The notes beneath the pieces were generated by a model. That model saw nothing but the letters and a program-made list of their open reading frames with translations, had not been told where the DNA came from and did not search any database. The position numbers and the translations under genes were made by a program. 64,000 nt of DNA from contig CAVXTM010000015.1 of assembly GCA_963764725.1 (NCBI GenBank), forward strand, positions 224,001 through 288,000, given 5' to 3'. Source of the DNA: an uncultured Gammaproteobacteria bacterium (GTDB lineage: Bacteria > Pseudomonadota > Gammaproteobacteria > JACCXJ01). Shown here piece by piece: positions 1 through 12,710 of the stretch; the stretch's first letter is position 1, and the number at the start of each line of letters is the position of its first letter.

Positions 1-349
1 AGACCGCCGGCCGTGGGCATAAGGGGCAGCACGCCCGCGCGGGCGGGTACCATAAGCGGGGGTTCGAAGGTGGACAAATGCCCTTGCAGCGGCGCCTACC
101 GAAATTCGGATTCGCATCGCGAAGCGCGCGCTACGTGTCCGAGGTGCGCTTGGGCGATCTTGTGCGCGTCGATGCGGACCTTATCGATTTAGCCGCGCTC
201 AAGGCCGCGAAGCTCGTCGCCGGGCAAGTAAAGCGCGCGAAGGTCATTGCGACCGGGACGCTGGATAAGGCGCTGAAGCTCAAAGGTCTTGCGGTGACCA
301 AGGGCGCCCGCGCGATCATTGAAGCCCAGGGCGGTAAAATCGAGGACTG

Positions 350-350
<1 letters not shown>
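1..350 (+). CDS. rplO: 50S ribosomal protein L15 (5'-truncated by window edge)
   Basis: Frame open from base 3: [33 protein letters not shown]; directly precedes secY. Confidence 0.97.
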
Positions 351-1693
<1,343 letters not shown>

Positions 1694-1701
1694 AGAATAG
1701 T

Positions 1702-1815
1702 ATGAAAGTTAGGACGTCCGTAAAAAAGGTTTGCCGAAATTGCAAGATTGTACGGCGCCGGGGGATCGTACGTGTCATCTGCAGCGAAAAACGGCATAAG
1801 CAGCGGCAGGGTTAA
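1702..1815 (+). CDS. rpmJ: 50S ribosomal protein L36 (Zn-binding type)
   Basis: Translated by hand (below ORF cutoff): [37 protein letters not shown]. Confidence 0.97.
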   Translation: MKVRTSVKKVCRNCKIVRRRGIVRVICSEKRHKQRQG

Positions 1816-1903
1816 GTGCGCAGCCGGCGCGGTGAAGCTAGTTTAGCTGCCCCAGCCGAATGCAAGGTATCACTATGATCAAGATGATTAAGAGGTGCTC
1901 CCG

Positions 1904-2260
1904 ATGGCCCGCGTAGCCGGCGTCAATATACCTGTACAAAAACATACGAGCATCGCGCTTACCCATGTCTACGGGATCGGGTGTAAGCGCGCGGTCGCAA
2001 TTTGCCGAGCGGCCCGCGTGCCGCCGGCGGCCAAGGTAAGGGAATTGAGTGAGGAACAATTGGATGCGCTGCGCACGGAAATAGCCAAGTACCCCGTCGA
2101 AGGGGATCTCCGGCGCGAGGTATCGATGAACATCAAGCGGTTGATGGACCTCGGCTGCTACCGTGGACTGCGGCATCGCCGGGGTTTGCCGGTGCGAGGG
2201 CAGCGGACTCGCACCAATGCCCGAACGCGAAAAGGACCCCGCAAGGCGATTAGGAAATAA
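1904..2260 (+). CDS. rpsM: 30S ribosomal protein S13
   Basis: [10 protein letters not shown]...[25 protein letters not shown]; AGAGG RBS upstream of ATG 1904. Confidence 0.98.
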   Translation: MARVAGVNIPVQKHTSIALTHVYGIGCKRAVAICRAARVPPAAKVRELSEEQLDALRTEIAKYPVEGDLRREVSMNIKRLMDLGCYRGLRHRRGLPVRGQRTRTNARTRKGPRKAIRK

Positions 2261-2262
2261 TC

Positions 2263-2649
2263 ATGGCCAACAAGAGTGCACGTCCGAAACGAGCGAAGAA
2301 GCTCGTAGTTGATGGGGTGGTCCATATCCATGCCTCTTTTAACAACACGATCATTACGATCACCGACAAGCAAGGCAATACGCTCGGCTGGTGCACGTCC
2401 GGCGCCAGTGGTTTCCGGGGCTCGCGGAAGAGCACGCCGTTCGCGGCGCAAGTCGCGGCCGAGAAGGTCGGTACCGCGGTGAAAGAATTCGGTGTCGAGA
2501 CGCTCGAGGTCTACGTCAAGGGACCTGGGCCGGGCCGGGAATCGGCGGTGCGCGCGCTCAATGCGGCCGGATTTAAGATCACCAACATCACTGATGTCAC
2601 ACCCATTCCTCACAACGGATGCCGCCCGCCGAAGCGGCGCCGCGTATAA
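2263..2649 (+). CDS. rpsK: 30S ribosomal protein S11
   Basis: [35 protein letters not shown]. Confidence 0.99.
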   Translation: MANKSARPKRAKKLVVDGVVHIHASFNNTIITITDKQGNTLGWCTSGASGFRGSRKSTPFAAQVAAEKVGTAVKEFGVETLEVYVKGPGPGRESAVRALNAAGFKITNITDVTPIPHNGCRPPKRRRV

Positions 2650-2661
2650 ACGAGAGAGACT

Positions 2662-3285
2662 ATGGCCAGATACCTCGGACCGACGTGCCGCTTAAGCCGG
2701 CGTCAAGGAGTCGATCTCGCGCTCAAGAGTCGCGCTCGGCCGCTCGAGACCAAGTGTCACTTAGACAAACCCCCGGGCCAGCATGGGGAGAGCCGCCAGC
2801 GGCGTATATCGGACTACGCGCTGCAACTCAGAGAGAAGCAGAAGCTGCGCATCATGTACGGGGTCCTGGAACGCCAGTTTCGCAAAGTCTATCAGGAGGC
2901 TGCTCGCCGCAGGGGATCGACAGGCGAAAACCTTCTCAAGCTACTGGAGTCCCGTCTGGACAATGTCGTCTACCGTATGGGGTTTGGGGTGACGCGGGCC
3001 GAGGCGCGGCAGTTGGTGAGCCACAAGGCTATATGGGTTAACGGCAAGGCGACCAACATCCCGTCCTATGAGGTGCGGGCCAACGACGTGATCAGCGTCT
3101 CGCCGAAGGGTCGGGCTCAGGTCAGGATCCAGGACGCATTGACCCTGTCCGAACAGTACGGATTCCCGGAGTGGGTCGAGGTCGATCTCAAGAAAATGGA
3201 AGGGATATTTAAAACCGTTCCGGATCGCGGCGAGCTGCCGCCGGATATCAACGAATCGCTCGTAGTGGCGCTTTATTCGAAGTAG
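2662..3285 (+). CDS. rpsD: 30S ribosomal protein S4
   Basis: [28 protein letters not shown]. Confidence 0.99.
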   Translation: MARYLGPTCRLSRRQGVDLALKSRARPLETKCHLDKPPGQHGESRQRRISDYALQLREKQKLRIMYGVLERQFRKVYQEAARRRGSTGENLLKLLESRLDNVVYRMGFGVTRAEARQLVSHKAIWVNGKATNIPSYEVRANDVISVSPKGRAQVRIQDALTLSEQYGFPEWVEVDLKKMEGIFKTVPDRGELPPDINESLVVALYSK

Positions 3286-3303
3286 CCGAGAGGGCCAGTT
3301 CGC

Positions 3304-4329
3304 ATGTTGGCAAATACTGTCAGTTTATTGAAGCCACGCCAGATCGACGTCCAAGCGGTGAGCAGCCGCTGTGCGCGCATGACATTGGAGCCCTTGGACC
3401 GGGGCTTCGGGCATACCCTGGGAAACGCCTTGCGGCGCGTCTTGCTGTCATCGCTTCCGGGCTGTGCCGTCACGGAAGTCACGATCGAAAACGTTTTGCA
3501 CGAATACACGACGATTCCCGGTGTCCAAGAGGATGTCACGGATATCTTGTTGAATCTCAAAGGGCTCGCGATACGCATGCACGCCCGTGACGAGGCGATG
3601 TTGACGCTCAATAAGAAGGGCCGCGGCGATGTGCTGGCGCGCGATATCTCCCTAGACCATGACGTCGAGATCGTCAATCCGGAACATCATCTCGCGACCT
3701 TGATGGAGGGCGGGGAGCTCCATATCACGCTTCGGGTCACGCGCGGGCGGGGTTATGTCCCGGCGAATACCCGGATGAACGCTGAGGAGGAAGAGCATGC
3801 GATCGGCCGCTTGAAGCTGGACGCCTCGTTTAGCCCTATTCGCCGGGTCGCTTACGAGGTTCAAAATGCCCGCGTCGAGCAACGCACCGACCTCGATAGA
3901 TTGGTCATGGAGATTGAAACCAACGGCACCGTGGATCCCGAGACCGCCGTCCGCAGGGCGGCCGACATTTTACAGGAGCAGTTATCGATCTTCGTCGATC
4001 TCAGCAGCGGCGAGCAGCCGACACCGCAGGGAACGAGGGATGTGGAGATCGACCCGATCTTGCTGCGCTCCATCGATGATCTGGAATTGACGGTGCGCTC
4101 GGCGAACTGCCTGAAAGCCGAGAACATCTACTATATCGGCGATCTCATCCAGCGTACCGAGGTGGAGTTGCTCAAGACACCGAATCTAGGGAAAAAATCA
4201 CTCACCGAGATCAAGGATGTGTTAGCCACACGGGGCTTGTCGCTCGGCATGCGGCTCGCTAATTGGCCGCCGCCGGGTTTGCAAAAAGTCTCGGCCGGAG
4301 CTGCAGCGGCCGGAGCTGAAGGAGGTTAG
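3304..4329 (+). CDS. rpoA: RNA polymerase alpha subunit
   Basis: [43 protein letters not shown]. Confidence 0.99.
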   Translation: MLANTVSLLKPRQIDVQAVSSRCARMTLEPLDRGFGHTLGNALRRVLLSSLPGCAVTEVTIENVLHEYTTIPGVQEDVTDILLNLKGLAIRMHARDEAMLTLNKKGRGDVLARDISLDHDVEIVNPEHHLATLMEGGELHITLRVTRGRGYVPANTRMNAEEEEHAIGRLKLDASFSPIRRVAYEVQNARVEQRTDLDRLVMEIETNGTVDPETAVRRAADILQEQLSIFVDLSSGEQPTPQGTRDVEIDPILLRSIDDLELTVRSANCLKAENIYYIGDLIQRTEVELLKTPNLGKKSLTEIKDVLATRGLSLGMRLANWPPPGLQKVSAGAAAAGAEGG

Positions 4330-4332
4330 GGA

Positions 4333-4743
4333 ATGCGACATCTAAACATCGGCAGGCAGCTTAGCCGCAATAGCAGCCATCGTAAGGCGATGTTCAGGAA
4401 CATGGCGGTGTCGCTGTTTCGGCACGAGGTCATCAAGACCTCCGTTCCCAAGGCCAAGGAACTGCGCCGCACCGCGGAGCCGCTGATTACGCTTGCCAAA
4501 CAAGACACGATGGCGAAACGCCGGTTGGCGTTTGCCCGGTTGCGGGACAAACAGGTGGTCGCGAAGCTTTTTAGCGATCTCGGACCGCGTTATCGGGAGA
4601 GGCCGGGCGGCTATTTACGTATCCTCAAGTGCGGTTTCCGTAACGGTGACCGCGCTCCGATGGCCCTGGTCGAGCTCGTCGATCGGCCCTTGCCGCAAGA
4701 GGCGACCGGCGTCGACGCTACAAAGGACGCGAAACCTTCCTGA
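4333..4743 (+). CDS. rplQ: 50S ribosomal protein L17
   Basis: [39 protein letters not shown]. Confidence 0.99.
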   Translation: MRHLNIGRQLSRNSSHRKAMFRNMAVSLFRHEVIKTSVPKAKELRRTAEPLITLAKQDTMAKRRLAFARLRDKQVVAKLFSDLGPRYRERPGGYLRILKCGFRNGDRAPMALVELVDRPLPQEATGVDATKDAKPS

Positions 4744-4799
4744 TCCGCTCCATGCCGCGGGACACCGGCTAACGTCGCGATCTGCAGCCCTGGGAGTGA

Positions 4800-5130
4800 G
4801 AGCTTTTGAACATATCTAACCACACATACGTGAAATTTTGGGTTACCTCCGAGGTTCTTGTCCTTCCGGCCGGGATAAGCATTGTGTTGTGCAAGCCGCG
4901 CATGGTTTACAAAATAGACTGGGCGCATGGTTTACAAATTTCTCCCTCTCCCTCCCGGGAGAGGGTTGGGGTGAGGGGATCAAAATCATCAACGAAAGCG
5001 CTTGATTTGATTCCCCTCATCCTAGCCTTCTCCCGGAGGGAGAAGGGACTTTCAGATTCGTCGAAGTCGGTCTGTATAACATTGGTTGCGTAAGGATCTA
5101 CTGCCCTCGCTACGATTTCTTCACAAGCTC
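4800..5130. mobile_element. MITE-like element with a nested long palindrome
   Basis: TGA|GAGCTTTTGAA ... TTCACAAGCTC|TGA; ends match the elements at 38249 and 40514. Confidence 0.6.
4944..5047. repeat. Long imperfect inverted repeat of the CCCTCTCCC..GGGAGAGGG family (REP-like)
   Basis: CCCTCTCCCTCCCGGGAGAGGGTTGGGGTGAGGGGATCAAA pairs with TTTGATTCCCCTCATCCTAGCCTTCTCCCGGAGGGAGAAGGG. Confidence 0.8.
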
Positions 5131-5178
5131 TGAGTGGAGGGTTGCAGCGAGGCTACGCCTCTCCGACAATCGACTGTC

Positions 5179-5910
5179 ATGATCGTGTTGGTGACCGATT
5201 ACGGGATGGAAGGGCCGTACCTCGGTCAGGTTCTCGCCGTGCTGTATCAATATGCACCTGAGGTCCAGGTGGTCAACCTCTTCGCCAATGCCCCAATGTA
5301 CAATCCCCGGGCGAGCGCCTATCTGCTCGCGGCCTATCGCCACGGATTCCCGAAAAACAGTGTGTTTTTATGCGTCGTAGATCCCGGTGTCGGCAGCCAC
5401 TCGCACGCACCGGTCGTCGTTCAAGTCGACGAGCAATGGTTTGTCGGTCCCGGCAACGGCATCTTCAATGCGGTGATGAAGCACGGGGGATCTGGCCGTG
5501 CCTGGCAGATCACCTGGCGCCCCAAGGTGATCTCCTCGACGTTTCACGGCCGCGATCTCTACGCGCCCGTTGCCGCCACCCTCGCCCGCGGTCAATTTCC
5601 TCATTGGGAACCTCTGGAGCTAAGCGATTATGCGACGTGGCCCGATGATCTCCATGAGATCATCTACCTCGACCACTTCGGGAACGCGATGACCGGTGTG
5701 CGCGCCTCGGTCGTATCGCCGCAGGCCGCCATCACAATTGCGGGACAAAGCGTGCCGAGGGCCAGAACGTTCAGTGACGTTCCTGTGGGGCATCCGATGT
5801 GGTACGAAAACTCGAACGGGCTCGTCGAGATCGCCGTCAACCAGGGTCGTGCCGATACGGTGCTGGACCTGCGCGTGGGCCAGCCAATAAGCTTCGAGGA
5901 ACCAACGTGA
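5179..5910 (+). CDS. SAM hydrolase / SAM-dependent halogenase family protein (DUF62)
   Basis: IVLVTDYG, VVDPGVG, STFHGRDLYAPVAA, YLDHFGNA, NSNGLVEIAVNQG. Confidence 0.9.
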   Translation: MIVLVTDYGMEGPYLGQVLAVLYQYAPEVQVVNLFANAPMYNPRASAYLLAAYRHGFPKNSVFLCVVDPGVGSHSHAPVVVQVDEQWFVGPGNGIFNAVMKHGGSGRAWQITWRPKVISSTFHGRDLYAPVAATLARGQFPHWEPLELSDYATWPDDLHEIIYLDHFGNAMTGVRASVVSPQAAITIAGQSVPRARTFSDVPVGHPMWYENSNGLVEIAVNQGRADTVLDLRVGQPISFEEPT

Positions 5911-7166
5911 GAACCAGCGACGGCTGGTCGTGTCTCAGTTGTGGATTTCGGCTATCGGGGTAGGAGCGGACATAGCCCTGGCTAACAATCGTGCCTATCT
6001 GTCGGCTCGATGAGCCCCATGGTTTCCATGCGCAGCCGGTTAAGACGGTGCTGAGACGCGATCTCCGCTGCTGCTTCCCGCACGGTCGTCTGAATCTTGA
6101 TATCATCTTCATCTGGGTTCGTAATTTTTGCGGCCTGATTGCCCAATAGGTGAATCTTGGAGGTCAGGCGCTCCTGATCGTTATTGGAAAAATACTCTAC
6201 GAATTCCTGCCTTGAGAACTGAGCTAACCGCTTCCTGTCAGCGGTCCCCGGAAAGTCAGCAGCAAGCGCGCTTTCTATAACTTCGCCAATCGATCGCTGA
6301 TCGATGCTCGCAGCGTGCTCTGCTTCCCGCAGCGCCTGGTCCAATTTCCCGTACTTGATGGGCTGCATCAAAGCCGATGATCCGTCGAAATGCTTCAATG
6401 ACTCTCCCCTGAGGCGAAAAAAATCATTCAGCAGCAGTTCTGCAATGGAATCCCTACCCAATAGCACAAGTATATTTAGTGCCCCGTCAAGTTGATGCAC
6501 CGGTATGAACTCCATGTATTCCTTTGTAGCCAATTCCAGTGCAGCACAAAATTCCTTTTCCGTGTTACGCAAGGTCCCGTGAAAGTATTTGCGCCAAACT
6601 CCACTGAATCGATGCTCACGAGCCCCCATACTTATTTTCTGGACGTATTTCTCGTATTCATGAATTAGTTTTTCAGTGTCTAACGTGTCTGTTCGTACGA
6701 AATCGATCAAGTTTCTGTCTAGGTCATCGGTAAACGTATAACCGTATCGAGTTAATAATGCGCTAGCACGGTCAGAATCAGTACGTTGCTGCTGTTCTTG
6801 CGATGCTTCATCAAACACCGCAGAAAAATCTGAGTACCTGGCCAAGAATTCTAGAGTTAGACCTTTCAAGTCTGACTTCGAAAACTTGACCCATACAAAA
6901 AGGAGTATAGAAAAGAGGGCTGCTTTTCGAAATTCCTGATCAGCGTCTAGTGGCAGTACTTGTTCGAGCTCGTGATAGTAATTTCTTACTTTGCCTATGA
7001 GTCTGATATTTCGCAGATGGAGAACATCGCAGCGGCGAGTAAGCTCTGCCAGCAGCTCAGGGTCGCGGTTGATGCTTGAAGTGGCTTCGAAGACAAGGCG
7101 CAGGATCGCGGAGACGTCCGGAGAAAAGGGCAGTTCTCTGTCAACGACCTTTTCGTGGTATTTCTG

Positions 7167-8552
7167 GAGAAATAGTCAAATGTTGTGTACGGAGCTAGGT
7201 TAGGCGGCGATTCTTTCGGGGTCTTCCCATAGGCCGTCTTTGAAAATAACTCCCTCGATGACTTGAGCGAGGCGGGGAATTCCATACAGTTTCCGCCAAT
7301 GTCGCTCGGCACTTTTTACCAACATGAATACCATCGCCAAAATGCTTTCTCGAGACACGCAGCCGCGGGTTTTGTTGGTGCGCAGCCGGACCGTAGCAAA
7401 GGTGGATTCGATCGGATTCGTGGTCCGAAGATGGATCCAGTGCTCTGCCGGAAAATCGTAGAAGGCCAACAGTGACCCCCGATCTTTTTCCAAACACTCC
7501 GCAGCTTTCGGATACTTGGGACGGTAGAGGATCAGAAAGCGATCGAAGGCGCGCTCGGCCTCCTGCCGGGTGGCTGCCATCCAGATCTCCTGCAGCGCCG
7601 CCTTGGCCTTAGGTTGCTGGCTCTTGGGTAGCTTGTTGAGCACGTTGGCAGTCTTGTGTACCCAACAGCGTTGACCACGGGTCATGCCGAAGACTTGCGG
7701 TAATGCCTTCCAGAATCCCAAGGCCCCATCGCCGGTGGCCAGATGCGGATCGAGCTTCAAGCCACGGGCTTTCAGATCCAATAGCACTTCCCGCCAGGAC
7801 GCTTCACTTTCCCGATAGCCATCGGCGAGCGTCACCAATTCTTTCTTACCCTCAGCCGTCGCGCCGATCACCACCAGAATGCACTGGGCCGCATCTTCCA
7901 GCCGTACCCCGAAATGGATACCGTTGACCCATAGATACACATAGCGCCGGTTCGATAGATCGCGCCGTGACCAGCGCGCGTGCTCGTCTTGCCATACCGC
8001 CTTGAGCCGACCGATCGTGCTGGCCGACAAGCCCGGCGCCTCTCGCCCCAACAAAGCCGTCAGCGCCTCCTGAAAATCACCTGTCGAGATCCCCTTCAAG
8101 TATAACCAGGGCAATAGTTCCTCCAGCGTCTTGGTGCGCCGTATATAGGGTGGCAATATCGAGGAGTTATACCGGATCGTCTTTTCCCGGTCCCGAACCC
8201 GCGGTATTTTCACCTCCACCGCTCCCACACCGGTTTGTATCGTCCGTCCCGGCAGATGACCGTTACGTACCACACGCTGGCGTCCTTCCGCCGTTTCCTG
8301 TCCCATGAAACCTTCCAGAAAAACCGCAACTTCCGCTTCAATCGCAGCCGCTAGCATCCGTTGGGCACCCGCCCGCAGAATCTCTGTGAGCGCATCCGCG
8401 ACCGGAGCCGGCGTCCCTGGATTCTTCAACGCAATTACTTTATCTTCACTCATGGCGTATTCACTCCTTTCAGTAGGAATTGATGACCTTGAAGACCATC
8501 AAGAATACGCCGCCTCCTTTACTCCTTCATCCACAACTTTCAATCATAACTC
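7167..8552 (-). mobile_element. IS256-family insertion sequence (1386 bp)
   Basis: Imperfect IRs GAGAAATAGTCAAATGTTGTG / GAGTTATGATTGAAAGTTGTG; 9-bp TSD GTATTTCTG at 7158-7166 and 8553-8561. Confidence 0.93.
7200..8453 (-). CDS. IS256-family (Mutator) transposase
   Basis: RNGHLPGR, PRVRDR, LYLKGISTGDF, GDGALGFW, QRCWVHK, RTTNPIESTF. Confidence 0.95.
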   Translation of the reverse strand: MSEDKVIALKNPGTPAPVADALTEILRAGAQRMLAAAIEAEVAVFLEGFMGQETAEGRQRVVRNGHLPGRTIQTGVGAVEVKIPRVRDREKTIRYNSSILPPYIRRTKTLEELLPWLYLKGISTGDFQEALTALLGREAPGLSASTIGRLKAVWQDEHARWSRRDLSNRRYVYLWVNGIHFGVRLEDAAQCILVVIGATAEGKKELVTLADGYRESEASWREVLLDLKARGLKLDPHLATGDGALGFWKALPQVFGMTRGQRCWVHKTANVLNKLPKSQQPKAKAALQEIWMAATRQEAERAFDRFLILYRPKYPKAAECLEKDRGSLLAFYDFPAEHWIHLRTTNPIESTFATVRLRTNKTRGCVSRESILAMVFMLVKSAERHWRKLYGIPRLAQVIEGVIFKDGLWEDPERIAA

Positions 8553-9119
8553 GTATTTCTGAAATGCATCATTCTTTATCGCGGCTTCATCGTTGTAGAT
8601 AAGTACGACCTTTAGCTGACGCTCGTCCCTCAATTCGTTGATATACCCGAGTAATGCATCGACCCCGATGCTGTCCGACAACCGTTCGATATCGTCGAGG
8701 CAAAGTATCCAGCCCGGTTTCAGCGTTGTGCTTTCGAGTAGTTTTGTTATCAGAGTATCGGGAATGCGAAGTCCCTTTACCAGGGCAGTAGCGGTTTGCC
8801 TCCCTATCTCGACCAGTCGGATGAGAATGCTCTCGGTGGCGGGGCGAAGTCTAGGTAGCAGAGCAGCGAGAACAACTTTCTCGCGAATGGTCTGCAATGT
8901 ATCAGCACCGAAAACGGAGACGTAGCCAATGCGTTCTGGCGCGTATGAGGCTGCAACGTTGTTTTTCCAGAAGTATGTCTTGCCTTCGCCCCACCCTCCC
9001 TTCAGTGCCACGACGATAGGCCGCTCAGAGTCGAAAACGACTCGAGCAAGTGTCTCCTTTAGTTTCTCTAAAGTCGGCGCTGGCAACGGGACTTCCCCAA
9101 ATCTCTCTAAGGGGTTTGT

Positions 9120-10571
9120 TCAGCGTAGGTCAGGCACATTTTCTAGCTTCTTTTTGAGGATCGCATTGATCTGCTGCGGATTCGCTTTGCCCTTGGATTT
9201 CTTCATGACCTGGCCGACGAAGTAGGCGAGCAATTGCTCCTTGCCTTGGCGGTATTGACTGACTTGCGACGGATTCTGTTGCAGTACTTCGTCGATCATC
9301 TTCGCAATCGCGGCCGTATCGGTGACCTGCTCTAATCCCCGGTTGCGAATGATTTCGTCGGCGTCACCCTCGCCGTTCCACAGGGCTTCGAACACCTCTT
9401 TGGCGATCTTCCCGGAGATCGTGTTGTCGGCAATCCGCCGGACCAAGCCCCCGAGCAGCGCCGGGCTGATCGGGCTTTGGGTGATGTCTTTTCCCTCGCG
9501 GTTGAGCGCGGCCATCAATTCGCCCATGACCCAGTTGGCGGACAGCTTGGCCTGACCTCCGGAGACCGCAACGGTGGCCTCGAAATAGTCCGCGGTCTCC
9601 CGGTTCGCCGTCAGCAGCGCCGCGTCATAAGGCGACAACCCGAACTCCGCCATGAACCGGTGTTTCTTGGCATCGGGGAGCTCGGGCAGCGTGGCCTCGA
9701 CGTCGGCGATAAACTCTGCGCTGAGATCCAAGGGTAAGAGATCGGGATCCGGAAAATACCGATAATCGTTGGCCTCTTCTTTTAAGCGCATCGAGCGGGT
9801 CTCGCCGCGTTCGACATCGTAGAGCCTGGTCTCCTGGACGACCCGCCCGCCGGATCCAAGCAAGTCGATCTGCCGTTGGATCTCGTAATTGATGGCCCGC
9901 TCGACAAAGCGAAACGAGTTGAGGTTTTTGATTTCGGCCCGGGTCCCGAACGTGGTTTGTCCTTGCGGGCGGACCGAGACGTTAGCGTCACAGCGAAACG
10001 AGCCTTCCTGCATGTTTCCATCGCAGATTTCGAGATACCGGACCAAGCTGTGGATCGTTTTCATGTAGGCGACGGCTTGCTTGGCCGAACGCAGATCCGG
10101 TTCCGAGACGATTTCAAGCAGCGGCGTTCCCGCGCGGTTCAAGTCGATGCCCGACATGCCGTGAAAGGCATCATGGAGCGATTTGCCGGCATCCTCTTCG
10201 AGGTGCGCCCGCGTGATGCCAATGCGCATGACGGCGCCATTTTCGCTCTCGATCTCGATCGATCCCTGTCCAACGATGGGGATCTCATACTGGCTGATCT
10301 GATAGCCTTTGGGGAGGTCGGGGTAAAAATAGTTCTTGCGTGCGAATATTGATCGCCGGCTGATGTTCGCATGGATCGCGAGTCCGAACTTCACCGCCAT
10401 CCTGACGGCTTCTTTATTGAGTACCGGCAGCACCCCGGGCAGCCCCAGATCGACGCCGCAGGCCTGTGTATTCGGAAGGGCGCCGTACGCGGTGGCGGCC
10501 CCGGAAAAGATCTTGCTCCTGGTCGCGAGCTGCGCGTGAATTTCGAGTCCGATAACTGGTTCCCAATCCAT
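9120..10571 (-). CDS. gatB: Asp/Glu-tRNA amidotransferase subunit B
   Basis: [44 protein letters not shown]. Confidence 0.99.
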   Translation of the reverse strand: MDWEPVIGLEIHAQLATRSKIFSGAATAYGALPNTQACGVDLGLPGVLPVLNKEAVRMAVKFGLAIHANISRRSIFARKNYFYPDLPKGYQISQYEIPIVGQGSIEIESENGAVMRIGITRAHLEEDAGKSLHDAFHGMSGIDLNRAGTPLLEIVSEPDLRSAKQAVAYMKTIHSLVRYLEICDGNMQEGSFRCDANVSVRPQGQTTFGTRAEIKNLNSFRFVERAINYEIQRQIDLLGSGGRVVQETRLYDVERGETRSMRLKEEANDYRYFPDPDLLPLDLSAEFIADVEATLPELPDAKKHRFMAEFGLSPYDAALLTANRETADYFEATVAVSGGQAKLSANWVMGELMAALNREGKDITQSPISPALLGGLVRRIADNTISGKIAKEVFEALWNGEGDADEIIRNRGLEQVTDTAAIAKMIDEVLQQNPSQVSQYRQGKEQLLAYFVGQVMKKSKGKANPQQINAILKKKLENVPDLR

Positions 10572-10619
10572 AAGGTTCTCACTACTACCCTGCCGTTTGC
10601 GGCGGGCACTTTAGCCTTG

Positions 10620-10688
10620 GGGTTTCCAGAGGGGAGTAGTGCAACTCTCCCCTTTGGTCGCCTGCGGGGTACATGCCCCGCAGGCGAA
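10620..10688. repeat. Two adjacent GC-rich hairpins in the gatA-gatB spacer
   Basis: CCAGAGGGGAG..CTCCCCTTTGG and TCGCCTGCGGGG TACATG CCCCGCAGGCGA. Confidence 0.55.
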
Positions 10689-10701
10689 ATATATTGTCAC
10701 T

Positions 10702-12156
10702 TTAACCGCACCCTTCGGGCGCACGCAGGTGCCAGTCCGTCGCTTGCTGGTAGCGGTGGGCCGCGTTCAATAACCGGGCCTCGCCGAAGTGATCGCCGAT
10801 GAGCTGTAGTCCCACGGGAAGACGCCCGACAAAGCCCGCCGGCAGCGACAGGGCCGGTAATCCCGCCAGATTGATCGAAATCGTATAGATGTCGGAGAGA
10901 TACATCGTGACCGGATCGTCGGTCTTTTCACCGAGCTTGAAGGCGACGGTCGGTGAGGTCGGGCCGAGGATCACATCGGCCTCCGCGAAGGCCCGCTGAA
11001 AGTCATCGCGGATGAGCCGCCGGATCCGCTGCGCCTTGAGGTAGTAAGCATCGTAGTAACCGGCCGAGAGAGCATAGGTTCCGATCATGATGCGCCGCTT
11101 GACCTCGGCGCCAAACCCCTCCCCGCGGGAGCGGGAAAAGAGATCGTTGATATCTAGCGCATCATCGCAACGGTAGCCGTAACGCACGCCATCGAAACGG
11201 GCGAGATTGGAAGAGCATTCGGCCGGCGCAACCACATAGTACGCCGGAATGGACAGATGGGTATTGGGCAGCGAAATCTCGGAAACGACCGCCCCCAGGC
11301 GTTCAAATTGTCTAGCCGCGGATTCGATCACGGCGCCAATTTGGGAGTCTAGCCCTTCTCCGAAGAATTCGCGCGGGAGCCCGATCCGGAGTCCCTCGAT
11401 CGAGTCGTCGAGGTGTGCCGAGTAGTCTTCGGCCGCGCGCTCGGCGGAGGTCGAATCCCGCGCATCGAAGCCCGCCATGGCGGTGAGCAATAGCGCCGCA
11501 TCCTCTGCGGAACGGGCGATCGGTCCGCCTTGATCGAGGCTCGATGCATAGGCGACCATCCCATAGCGGGACACGGTCCCATAGGTCGGCTTAATGCCGG
11601 TAAGACCGCAGAGGGCCGCGGGTTGGCGAATAGACCCGCCGGTGTCGGTGCCGGTGGCGGCGGGCGCCAATCGAGCCGCCACGGCGCATGCCGAGCCGCC
11701 GGACGAGCCCCCCGGCACGCGCTCGATGTCCCAAGGGTTGCGCACGGGTCCGTAAAAGCTGGTCTCGTTGGACGATCCCATGGCGAATTCATCCATATTG
11801 GTCTTGCCGAGCATCACCATACCGGCCCGCCGGAGCTTTTCGACCACCGTCGCATCGTAGGGAGCGATAAAGTTGTCCAGCATTCGCGAGCCGCAGGATG
11901 TCTTGACGCCGCGCGTGCAAAAAATGTCTTTGTGCGCGATCGGGATGCCTGTGAGCGGTCCATTGTTACCCGCCTGGCGCCGCTGATCGGCCTCTCTGGC
12001 TTGCGTGCGTGCGAGGTCCGCGGTGACCGTGATGAAGCTATTGTATTTCCCGTCCATGCGTGCGATGCGATCGAGATAGATCTCGGTCAGCTCAACACTC
12101 GAGATCTCGCGCCGATCGAGCGCCCGCGACAATTGTATTAGGGAAATTTTATACAT
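10702..12156 (-). CDS. gatA: Asp/Glu-tRNA amidotransferase subunit A
   Basis: Amidase signature [33 protein letters not shown]. Confidence 0.99.
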   Translation of the reverse strand: MYKISLIQLSRALDRREISSVELTEIYLDRIARMDGKYNSFITVTADLARTQAREADQRRQAGNNGPLTGIPIAHKDIFCTRGVKTSCGSRMLDNFIAPYDATVVEKLRRAGMVMLGKTNMDEFAMGSSNETSFYGPVRNPWDIERVPGGSSGGSACAVAARLAPAATGTDTGGSIRQPAALCGLTGIKPTYGTVSRYGMVAYASSLDQGGPIARSAEDAALLLTAMAGFDARDSTSAERAAEDYSAHLDDSIEGLRIGLPREFFGEGLDSQIGAVIESAARQFERLGAVVSEISLPNTHLSIPAYYVVAPAECSSNLARFDGVRYGYRCDDALDINDLFSRSRGEGFGAEVKRRIMIGTYALSAGYYDAYYLKAQRIRRLIRDDFQRAFAEADVILGPTSPTVAFKLGEKTDDPVTMYLSDIYTISINLAGLPALSLPAGFVGRLPVGLQLIGDHFGEARLLNAAHRYQQATDWHLRAPEGCG

Positions 12157-12163
12157 CCGGCGG

Positions 12164-12454
12164 CTAGGTATCTATCACCTTCGGGACACAATAAAGCCCG
12201 GCCTCCATATGTGCGGCAATTGCTTGAAACGCCTCTCTCTGATCCCCTTCCGTGACCACGTCGTCGCGGAGTCTCAGGCTCAGCTCCAGAGGATGGGCGA
12301 GCGGTGCGACGCTGACTGTATCCACGGTGTTCATTTGTTCGACCAAGGCCAGGATGCTTGAAAGCTGCCGCGCATACTCGGGAATGTCGTTGTCACTCAA
12401 CTTTAGCTGCGCCAACCATGCGATTCTCTCCACGTCGGTTTTCTCTAGGGCCAT
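12164..12454 (-). CDS. gatC: Asp/Glu-tRNA amidotransferase subunit C (copy 1)
   Basis: 96 aa; [25 protein letters not shown]; upstream of gatA. Confidence 0.95.
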   Translation of the reverse strand: MALEKTDVERIAWLAQLKLSDNDIPEYARQLSSILALVEQMNTVDTVSVAPLAHPLELSLRLRDDVVTEGDQREAFQAIAAHMEAGLYCVPKVIDT

Positions 12455-12710
12455 TTCAGCTCGCCATGCGGGTCCGGGATCCCAAATTTACCACAGCCAC
12501 AAGCTTGCTCGAAGCCTTGGCGACTGGTACAGCGGTAATTACACTGCACGCCTCTGCACAGGCTCGCTCATGACCGCTGCGGCGATCTTACCTGATGGGG
12601 CCCCGCGGCTCTTGCGCGTCGACTCACCAGAGGGATGGTTTATACTGCCTATACTCTACTCTCTATGGTTGTGCTAGAGTGCCGGCGCCACTGAAGGAAG
12701 GAGACTCGTC

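Larger units (their letters stand above)
5982..9086 (-). pseudogene. KAP-family P-loop NTPase (about 569 aa), interrupted by IS256
   Basis: Walker A GGWGEGKT, Walker B ILCLDDIER; removing the IS and one TSD gives ..FQKY|HEKVVDRE..LRNIRLI.., in frame with ORF 5982-6869. Confidence 0.85.

Noticed and set aside
4898-4938. 16-bp direct repeat GCGCATGGTTTACAAA (two copies, 25-bp period)
   Set aside because: Only two copies inside a composite MITE; likely a local duplication, no support for an operator or CRISPR
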